From Chrysomallon squamiferum (taxonomy: Eukaryota; Animalia; Mollusca): a stretch of DNA of 64,000 nt. The stretch covers positions 15,810,001-15,874,000 of the forward strand of contig CM022672.1 in NCBI GenBank assembly GCA_012295275.1, read 5' to 3'. Of the stretch, positions 25,170 to 36,058 are shown piece after piece (position 1 is the first letter of the stretch; each line of letters starts with the position of its first letter). A program made the position numbers and the translations under genes. Below the pieces are notes generated by a model. The model made no database searches. It was not told the DNA's origin and worked only from the letters and a program-made list of their open reading frames with translations.

Positions 25170-28100
25170 GAAAGGGGATTTCCAAATCGGTCCCACACCA
25201 AACTGCTTTGTCTAACTGAACTTGTACTGTCTGACACTGATGGACTGATACAGTTCTTTCTATAATATAAACAAAAAATGTATCTACATTACCTAATAGA
25301 AGATCCAAAAAGAAAAGTAAAAATAACTTGTATTGCAATCAGTTATGCAACGTCTCCGTTTGAAGATAACCATAAACCAAAAAATATATATTCTTCAAAT
25401 GTAACGAACATGTTATCGTTCTATTTACTGAGGCATCTTACTCAAGATTATAACGATCATTTATATATGAGTAAACCTCAGACAAATTCCCATTAACACG
25501 TGTTTCTTACAAATAATTTTTGATATTTAACATACGAAAGTTCTGCCAGTCCAACGTGATAAGATAGTCTAAAAATAGAAAAATGACTGGGAAATCCCGC
25601 AAATCAGCTGACACCCATGAAACAAGAAGCGAATACGTCATGAATGTGACAGCTGTTCGTTCACAAAGATGTTTGAAACGACCAATGCTGACATTAATTT
25701 TTAATTTTTATCTAATGATCAGGATTTCCTGGTTTCGTAAATGCTGAATGAATTCTTAGAAAAATGAAGAGGCTGAAGTCACTGACCAGATAGGAAAGAA
25801 GGAAGTGTACTGTGATTGGTGTTTTATTGTTACGTTAAGTGTTTTCATCACTTAATATATAGTAAAATTTCACACTAAGAAAATGATTTATATGCAAAAA
25901 AAATAAACAGCACAGACGTTTACGAAATTACCGGTAATATTTGAAATTTTTTGTCAGTAACGTACTTTTATTTATTTTATTTATTGTTTTGTATTTGCAT
26001 AATAATTCTAGTAAATTTAAATTTCAGTTCAAATATCACTCACACACACACGCACACACAAACACGCAGAGTTATCTAAAACAATTTATCCGTGCGTACA
26101 ATAGAATATGGTAGCGTTCGTTTTAATGTCTTTATTATTATTATTTTATTTTACTTTATATTTATTTATTTATTTATTTTATTTTTATTATTATTTTATT
26201 TTTAATTGTATATAATAAATACATATGGCCCTAAACATTTTAAAAAATATAAAATTATAATTTAAAAAGAGGCCCATCAGCTAACTTTTCACGTGGTGTC
26301 ATCTAGTACTTTGATTATTGGACATGCTATAAAACATGAGGGGGTCGTGACCTTTAACCCGAAATACAACTACATACGTAGGCAAAATACGCACGGTCCA
26401 TCCCATAAAGCTGTGTTGCCATGGTTATATTTATCATAGATATTAAAGTTCAAAATACTTTCCCTTAAGTATAAATTAACGTAATATGATGAATCAGCTT
26501 CTAACATAATTATTGTTTGACCTAACAAACGTCGGTGCGTTTGTATGGAAACACGTGTGAAACGTTGAAGATAATAATGACGATGACGCTAACTATGACG
26601 ACAGTATTGAATATTGAATAAACTTGAGAGTTTTGAAATATTTCAAATTATTTAGTATAGATTAACTAATGTGTTTCCGAGGTACTGATGTGCGTGTGTC
26701 TGTATGTACGTCTATCTATCTGCTCGCTCCTAGTTATTTCTTCACAATGTAAATTACCCTGGCACTTTTCCCATCCTGGTTGTAGCACACTTCCACTCTG
26801 GCCGATAGAAATATTTCTTCTCCATCCAAGAGAAAACCACACACAAATATATAAATCCACACGGTCTTTAAATTTCAATATCCAAAATGTAAAAATTAAA
26901 AAAGATAACAATTTTTTCCCCACAAGAAACAGATCTCCTGACCACATCAACGTAACAAAAAATTAACACAGACACACCAACAAGTCACAAAGGACTTTAC
27001 TCATCTTCTAACAGTAAGTGTATCCATGACGTGTGTCTGAATCACCACGTGCTTTATCCGTTAAAAGAAACTCCTACAGGCAGCCATGCTGAACGAGGTC
27101 AAAGGTCATATGTTACTGACAGTTACCTGTCAATTTAACATATATTTGGACAGGACTGTTGGTGTAAATACAAGGACATGAAAGATACAAACGAAGACGT
27201 AATGTTCACACTGGAGAGTCTAAAATTCTTATCTGACCCTAGAAAACATGATTAAATACGAGTAGACCAGTAATTAACCAATACGTCACAATGACGAAAC
27301 AAACACTCTCAAGGAGGAAATGAACGACCCATCAACATGTTTACATAATGAAAAAGACACTAAAAATCAAAAACTTACCATAAAAAATTACACAGCTTTG
27401 TTCCTTAGTTCCTTCTCTGTCGTAAGAGACACAGATATATTCACAAAATCGTATGTCACTTTAAAATATTAAGATTATAATATCGTCTGTAAATAACACA
27501 ACGTTGGTTTGTTTTGGTTATGAGCTAAATGGAGTGAAGGCCTTTGGCTGTCTTGATGTCAGCACAATTTTGACCAATCAAATTCAGGTATTTCCCGTAA
27601 CTCCACCCATTCAAAAAAATAGGTTAAGGAGAATAATACTAGAACATTCTAATGTTTTTATCGATGTTTATTTGTTATTTTGAAAGTGTCATGTTTTCAT
27701 ATTGATAATATGTCATTAAGGTACAGCTATATTATTAATGTATCATATAAAGTAAAAAGAAATTCAATTTGGGGGGTTTTAAATACAAAAAATGTGAAAT
27801 AATTTTTCTCGATGTCCAACACAAACTGGAAAGCGCCAGCACCAACGAGTGCCGAAGGATAAAAATATTTGTGACGTCAAAATCACGTGGATCAGGTGAA
27901 GGTTACAGAAATGCATGTAAACAATATGTGGATATCCAGGTGGTTGTGGTGAAGTTCTGTCTTTTATATGTTTGGATGAAACTTTTGCAAAGACGTTGTG
28001 TTTATGTGACTGAAAATAATGATACAAGGAGAGAAAAGGAATAAAAGCTTATTGTTGATTGTATTATACGAATAAATATAATTTCTTTCAGACACAAATA

Positions 28101-28221
28101 AACAACTCAAAGCTTAATAAGCTGCAACACTCGGTCATACAACCGCAACTGTGTGAAAATAGCAGGATCATAAAGTACACATTTATTAATAAATATCCAC
28201 GTGTGCGTGTGTGTGTGTGTC

Positions 28222-28256
<35 letters not shown>

Positions 28257-29110
28257 AAGAGCACAAACCCCCTGCTTACAAACTTAAAATTAAGCGTCAT
28301 AACAAAAATATACTCTGTAACATGGTAATAATAATAATAATAACAATAATAATAATAATTGTAATAATAGTAGAAATAGCAACGATTATGGTGATGACCA
28401 TGAATATTACTATTATTATTATTATTATTAGTAGTAGTAGTAGTAGTATTGCTACTGTTGTTTTTGCTGTTGTTGTTGTTATTATTATTATTATTAATGT
28501 TGCTGTTTTCTAACCTTCTGTCATAATAAATAATAAACTGAAAAGGCATTAAATCAACAACAACAACAGTAACTCTCTAATACAACTGTGTAATTCCTGG
28601 TGGAGATAGATGTGATGATACCCAAACGGAAAGAAAAAATGGGTGGACCCATATTATGTGCCCCTTACATCTGTTCTGGTATCAGTAAAGCCCCGCTAGA
28701 GTGACAGGTAACATTTAATTACCTGTCCTTTGACCCGGTTTTCACGCTTGACCTATTTTTATATTATATTTCTCTACTATTTCTGTGGCTTATTTAGTTT
28801 TTGTATTTTTTCTTCATCTTCATTTTTTATTTTACCAAGACAAATTGTTTTGACGTTTTATAATTTACATAATTTTTAACACCAAAACAAGTGACGGAAT
28901 GTATGTAGAATGTTTCACCCCGTGTCATTTTTTTTCCTAGTAACTGATGGCCTGACGTCATAGTTATTAATGTATGATGCAATAACAGTCACGTTTCCAT
29001 GGTAATAAAAAAAAATATATAAAATAAAATCCACCTCTTCCACGTACATTATTGTACCACTCGGTGCACTGGTCTGCCTCACCTTTGGTCAAGGTCGCAG
29101 GTTTCCCGCC
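25170..29110 (-). promoter_or_regulatory. CREBRF upstream promoter/enhancer region
   Basis: Several CpG-containing patches in AT-rich DNA. Motifs: CRE TGACGTCA (27872, 28953), CARE TGATGCAAT (28975), DR1 (26348, 27096, 28724), kB (25174, 25589), E-boxes CACGTG (26290, 27046, 27884), CCAAT boxes. Confidence 0.65.
27379..27450 (-). other. CREBRF: Candidate alternative first exon of CREBRF ending in ATG|gtaagt (start codon only, in frame with the 24032 exon: M|VNTSGKMDFF)
   Basis: Perfect donor consensus immediately after ATG (27381-27379), phase 0 matches the acceptor at 24032. CCAAT box at about 27574 upstream. The 5' boundary is approximate. Confidence 0.55.
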
Positions 29111-29409
29111 CTTATGTAGTCGTCACATTTTGAGAACTGTTTAAAAAAATATTGTTATTCACTGAAATTTTATGATTATAAAGTTTGTAGTTTCTAATTA
29201 TAATTATACAGTTTTGAAACACACATTGTCATAGGTATGATTTCGTGAGAAATATGGGCAACTCCAGCAGATACCAGTTTTTTTAATTTCTTAATTTTGT
29301 ATTTGTTATATTATTTGTGCTGTATGACTGATACTGATATTTGTTTGATTTGTTATCTGTGTAAAACATTTTTACAAATAATAGATAGACAAATACAACG
29401 ATGTCTTTT

Positions 29410-29545
29410 GTAACCATACCCGTTTGTACCATACCGTTTCGTAATAATTCGTTTGTACTATATCGTTTCGCAACCAGGCTATTACCCGTTTGTACTATAC
29501 CATTTCGTAACCACACTTTACCATTTTGTACTATAACGTTTCGTA
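29410..29545. repeat. Short-period repeat array (ccgtttgtac/cgtttcgtaa), probably the internal array of a non-autonomous element
   Basis: About nine recurring units of roughly 15 bp; these give rise to the spurious repetitive ORF 29283-29585. Confidence 0.65.
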
Positions 29546-30044
29546 TGATATTAATATTTAGGAAATAAAACCATAAATACGTCATATTTCCTTATTTAGA
29601 ATAAAAAAAAAAAAAAAAAAAAAACACGCATTACTAATACTATCTGAAATAAAGTGTTCAATAAGATGCGCACATAATATGTATACATTAAAATATGTTT
29701 AGACGTTACGTTAATTTAGTTAAAACAGTTGGAGACAGATGAAGTATTGAGTGCAGAGTTAATTGTTAATCAATAAAATAACAGAGAAAACGTATGGAAC
29801 AAAGAGGCGTGATTACAAAAAGACCAAAAAAAAAAAACTTGTTACGAAACAGATGTATATAATTTTGGCCGCGTACTCTTCTCCGTACAGATGAATGGAT
29901 GTTTGTGTATTGAAAGCAAGACATATTTTGATCTTATCAGATGTCAAATTTTTGTTTGGGTCTGTTTTCATAAATCCTGTAAATATAATCGATATCAGCA
30001 AGAGTTGTAACATGTCAGGCTACTAAATAAAATCTGTGCAAGCC

Positions 30045-30255
30045 TGTTAACGTACAGTTATGATTTAAATAAATAACAAGTGTTTTTAATATCTTTTCGT
30101 TATTAATAATGAAGTGTATTACTAAATGAAAGCTGTTTATTAATGTACAGGTATGATTTAACGACAAATAAAAAGCACTAACACTAATATTGAAGTGTTT
30201 TATCAAACAAAAGCTGTGGATTAATGTACAGTTATAATTTAAATAAATAACCACC
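30045..30255. repeat. Diverged tandem repeat of about 85-90 bp, roughly 2.5 copies
   Basis: taaYgtacagktatratttaa recurs at about 30048, 30141 and 30222; tgaagtgt and aaagctgt each recur. Confidence 0.7.
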
Positions 30256-31052
30256 TGTTACATAAAATCATCTGAACAGATTCATAAAACAGAAAGTTTA
30301 CTGAATTATCTGTACTATTAGAAGATGTTGCTAAATGTTTGTTTGTTTGTTTATTTATTTATTTATTTAACTATTTGTTCTTTATTTGTTATATTTTATT
30401 TTTTATTTTGTTGTTGTTGTTGTTGCTGCTTTCTTTTCTTTTATTTTCCGTGTTTTATACAAGAAGAATCTGTTTTCTTTCACAACTGAGTCATTGTTGA
30501 TAGCAAAATTATTCTAATCAACAAAGACGACAGCAACAAAAAGGACGACAACATTAGTAACATTTCATTTTTATTGTGGTTTTATTTTATAAAAAATAAA
30601 TATAAAAACAACATATACAAGCATATGTACAGACAGAACAACAATAATGACAATAATAATAATAACAACGACAACAATAATAATAATGCTGAAAAGAAAG
30701 ATATCTCTGAATATTGTTTATTTCTGTTTATCAGAGTTTCAGATATCAAAGTTCTGTAAATTAGTACTGAAATAAAGCTGAGATGACAGTCTGGGGAGGC
30801 GTGCGCGTGTACTCTTACACGCCTGGAGTTTGAAGGATGTGTGCGTTCACTGAACTGACTTCTCTCCCTCTCGCAGCCGTAAAACTAGTTCAACAAAGGT
30901 TGCAGTATTTTCTTGTTAAATGAAAGGCTCTCGTGTAAAATATATTTTGCTGCTAATCGTTAAGTCATCGTTAAAGAGGCTGAAGAGTGTTTGCTCTTTC
31001 ATAATTATTATAAACATAAAAATAAAATTAAAATTAAAATAATATAAATAAT

Positions 31053-31096
<44 letters not shown>

Positions 31097-33139
31097 CAAC
31101 AACAACAACAATAATGATGATGATGAAATAAACAAATAAATAAAAGTAATCACACAAGACGGCAAGTAAATATTAATTCATTCACTCCAACATGCTGGTC
31201 GCCATTGCAAATGCATACCGTTATTTTAAATGTCGTCTGCTATATTTGTAAAATGTTCATCTTAATACAGCAGCGAAACACATACATAAAAATAGAATGC
31301 TGTTAATCGTGATTCGGGCTAAATTATGTGAAAATTTATATAAATGTATCGCATGCATGTAATAATTAATTTCTTATTGCATTCAACAGTTTTGTAATAA
31401 TAAAACAATTAATGTCACATGATTAATAATGTGAAGAATTTGAATGCAAGTAATTTGGCTATAAAATTAAAATGATCAGAGGTGAGTATAAGCCCCTTAA
31501 GGGAAAATAATAGTAATGAATAATATATATGTATATGTGTGCACACACACGTTTAACATATAGTCATTCTGTTTGAACTAATAGATGTGCTGAGCTGTCA
31601 CTTTTCGGAAATATGGTCCCCTCCTACTGAGTCCTAGCATTTGTGAATGAGCATCAGCTACTTTCTGCGTTCTTTTACTGAGATGGTTTGCGTTTTTTAA
31701 TGGCGAGGGGACATCATTTTATGTAATTAAATAAATTATATAAAAAAATAAAAAAATCGAGTAATGATTAGATAAGAAGGTAACAGTGTTTACTATGAGA
31801 TGGCGAGGACTCCAGTTACGGAAATGGTGACGGGAAGAGGGCAAAGCGACCCGTAACCACATTGCAATTTGTAATCTTTATCATACCTAAGAGACGACAC
31901 CGAAGGAATTCACGAAAAGGCGTTCTAGCAAGAGAGAAAGAGTCGGCTTCTATCTTTTCATTTTATTTTAATATTTTTCATTGGAATACCCTGCGGGACA
32001 CTGTTAGGTACACCTGAACCCATTGAGTCATCTTGTTATGTAAATGTACACCCCGTTTTTGAACGCTCCCCATATTGCGCAACAGGGTTCCAGACAACAG
32101 GAGCGAGCACACGCATTATTTAAAATTAGCATGCGTCAGTACTTACTCATAAATTGAAGCAAGGGCAAGATTAAGACATTTTGAATCTCCTAGGACTTAA
32201 AAGATTTAGTATCCCCATATATAATTATATGTAATTCAAAATATAAGCAATAATAAACTATAAAATAATTCTATTTTTTTTTTTAAATGAAACTAAAACT
32301 TACAGTACAAATGAACGATTCAGATTCAGTTTACTTTATTTATTTTATGGAAGACAGATTATTATTTTAACAGGTTTTTAAATACCTTGTCTGTGAAAAA
32401 CATTTATCTAGAGCAGCTTTTAATATTCTGTATTTCAAATTTAATTATTTTATTCATTTAACAATGCATAATTACTTACATTTTTTTTTTTTTTGATTTA
32501 ACTTAATTAAAAATATATTTATAACTATCATATTTATTTCTGTTTAATATTTTATTCATACATTTACTTCTGTATGACAGCCAACTGCTGAAATGTTTCT
32601 TCTTCTTTGTTGAATGCTGCAGTTAATTTTAAACTGAAGAAGTTTATTTGTAATGCACATTGATAATATACAGTATTTTAAATTACATGAAATATTTTAT
32701 TTATTAGTACTATATTGATAACTTTGATGTCTGTTTTTGCAAAGTTATAAACATTGATTTAATTTAAATTGTAAAACAGATTAATAGCCAGAAATAATTT
32801 TTTCCTAAAATTCATTAAATATTCATTCATTCATTTCAGAAAGAGAACGGAAAACAGAAAACATGTTTTGAATAAATATATCCATGTATTTGGCACAAAT
32901 AGTTTTGAGACAAATTTCATCTGTGTATTTTTTGAACTATTATAAAAATGTATAAATAATCTCGTAATATGAAATTAACATTGCTGAAATTTTGTGTTAT
33001 TTTTTTAATATAAATGCAAAGGCTACAAGAACTAGTCTTTGTTAACCACATTCCAGAATTAATGAAGCATTTATTTTGTTATTCTTTATTCAATATTTTT
33101 ATAAATGTTTTCCATTATTTTGTAAAAAAAAAATAATTA

Positions 33140-33402
33140 TTGTTATTAATGAGATTTTAATGTTAGTAATGAATTGGAGTTTTTTTTTTTGGCAAATGCA
33201 TCTGTGACACAAAACATCTTCATTCTCATAGGCTAATGATGATAATAATAATAATATAATAAACATACATTTTTAATTGAAAATTCTATTATTTGCTAGA
33301 CCCAGACATTATTAATGAGATTTTAATGTTAGTAATAAAATGACTTTTTTTTTTTCAGTAAGTGTGTCAGTGGACACCAAACTAATATCTTTATTCTCAT
33401 AG

Positions 33403-33448
<46 letters not shown>

Positions 33449-33497
33449 TAATAAAAATAAAAATGTAATAGAAAATTCTGATATTTGCTAGAGCCAG
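33140..33497. repeat. Tandem duplication (about 170-185 bp) of the DCLRE1A stop codon and proximal 3' UTR
   Basis: ttattaatgagattttaatgttagtaat at about 33143 and 33309; attctcatag and gaaaattct...atttgctaga.ccag occur in both copies. Confidence 0.8.
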
Positions 33498-35909
33498 TGG
33501 TCAATGGAGGATTGTTTATTCATAGTGGTCACTAATGGTCTGTCCAGTTCATCCATCCATGATTTAAAATAGTCCTCCATGTCTTTACGACTCTGAGGGT
33601 TTCCATTGTTCACAGTTGGCAGAATTTTTCCTGGTCTTATAAACTGAGTGAAGCGTTTCATTTCGAGAAAACTGCTGTGTTCACTGTATGGTACACCTAA
33701 AAAAGAATATTAAAATAAGTTTTAAAAACAAATTCTATTGTTTTTGTTAATGTTGAATTTAGTATATTTCATAGGTTTATTTAATGTGTTTTTGTTACCT
33801 ATTTACCTGTAAGGTCTGTTTGAAAATTTCAGTTTATTGTTGTTAATTAAAACTCCTTAAAAATATCTAGTCTAAATAATTATAAGATTATGTTTATAAG
33901 AATATTTATATTTTATGAATAAAAAGCTCAATTTGCTTTTGATCTATGTAATATCACATATAGTTTTATATGAACAGAAACATAGAAAAAATAATAATAA
34001 TAATAGTAAAATAAAAAAAGTAGCTTTTTTACCCAAGAAATAAAAGTTATAATATTAAAAATATATTTATGAAAAATTTCTGTATTTTTCTCATACCATA
34101 AATAATAATGCCCATTTTGTTATATTTTGGTCTAATATGATCAAGGGAGGTCATTTTTTTGCTATAGGTCCATCCTGTAGGCTCCAAAGCAAGTATTTGG
34201 TTGAAATCTGGAAACTGTGAAAGATGGTCTTTTAGATTCTGAAATAAAAAACAAAATCAATACTGTATTATACTGTTTTTAATAATCAAAATAAATAAAT
34301 AAATATATCATAAAAATAACGATGATGATAATCAGAAGCAAGAAAAGAAATTGATGGTTTTATTCAAATCTTGTTATATGAGATGACATATGTTTTGCAT
34401 ACGCAGCCAGATTAAAATAAGTAACTTAGACTGGTAATTATAGTAAGCCATCTCCATTTGGCACATACATTATTATTATTATTATTATTTTACATTGTTG
34501 AAAGATTACCTGTTACATAAAAGTGAACACTGATTATACATTTTTGTTTTAATAATAATAAAAAAAAGGCTAGTTACGAATTGTTACAGAATAACAGGAA
34601 TAATATCCTGAGCTTGTCTGTAAAAATAACAAATGTATAGACACATACAAATAATGCTTCAACAAAAGAATAACTTTTTTTCATATTACCTGCCATCTTA
34701 ATTTTGCCATTGGAAGAACATGCACCTGGCTGTCTTCAAGATTCAGTGTTATTCTGTTTTTGAGTCTTTCGCTTTCCAGGCAGTCTAAAATTACCTTCTT
34801 GTCTCGAGCAACTCCTATCTTGCTATTAATGGCTTCTGCTATAGCTACAAATAATGTTTATAAAGTGAAAAATCTGCTGCTGCCAAAGGATCACACAATC
34901 TGTGCACATTAATTATAATACAAATATTTTTCTATCAAAACGAATTTTGCTCAAACAAGTTTGTATTATTATTAAAATTATTACCCTGCATACTGGTAAA
35001 CAGTGTACAATGGTTTTCCAAATATACTAAATATGATTCATTCTGTGTGAGACTGAACTAAAATCAGACATACGGTAATGTTAGTGTATTTCAAATAGCT
35101 GACGGATTGATTATGTAATGTGCTCACATACCAAGAAAAATCTTTTCTTTTCCAATTGTGTAAGTTCCACAGACCACAAGAGTCCTAGAATTCTGCTCCA
35201 GTGTTAGTTGTACAAGATTGACAGTAAACTGAATCACATCTTTCTGGCTTGGAAAAACATGAGAAGGAGAACAATATCTGTTAAAAATAAAATGTTTATT
35301 ATTAATAAGTGTCTGTCTGTCTCTGTAAATGAGATAGGTTCTTTAATTAACATTCAGATGGTTATTATTATAAGCAAACTTGAAATAATGTAGTGAGAAT
35401 GCAAACAAACACTAGAGTACTTACGTTGTATCAAGATAAAGCAGATCAATTTTTGTACCAATAAGGGGAGGATACTCCTCCATTTCTGGAGAAGCTCTGA
35501 AATCTCCTGTGTGTAAAAAGATTTTCCCATTTTTCAGTCGGAACAGTATTATTACAGCTCCTGGACAGCTGAAAATAAAACCAGTATCCTGCATTGAGGA
35601 TTTGTTTTCTTTAATTGAGTTTCTTTTCAATAATTAATAAATTTATTGAAATTACTGTGTTATAATATTATTATGAATCCACATGCATATTTTTGGTCTA
35701 CTAATAACCTTTCTGTAACAATATGTAATACATTTTAATTCTGCAAAATGAAATTAATTAATCAGAAAAAGAAACAAAAACATATAAATAGCACATAAAC
35801 TGCTGCCTTTAAGTATCAGTTTTCCTTTCAGTTACACTTCATATTTAATCTGTGAATTTATTCACAACAGCTGCTTTCTTAGAATATTTATCTTCCTTAT
35901 ACAATTAAA

Positions 35910-35940
<31 letters not shown>

Positions 35941-36021
35941 TATTATGAGGAAGATAAATAACAGCAACAATAAAATAACAAATAATAAATAAATAAGTAA
36001 TTTAAGAAAGAAGCAAACAAA

Positions 36022-36058
<37 letters not shown>

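Noticed and set aside
29283-29585. Repetitive ORF (RNGIVQTG)
   Set aside because: Product of the 15-bp repeat array; no splice or homology support.
33470-33490. TAG-CAA leaky stop context in DCLRE1A
   Set aside because: It does not match the full CARYYA motif, and readthrough would enter AAT microsatellite.
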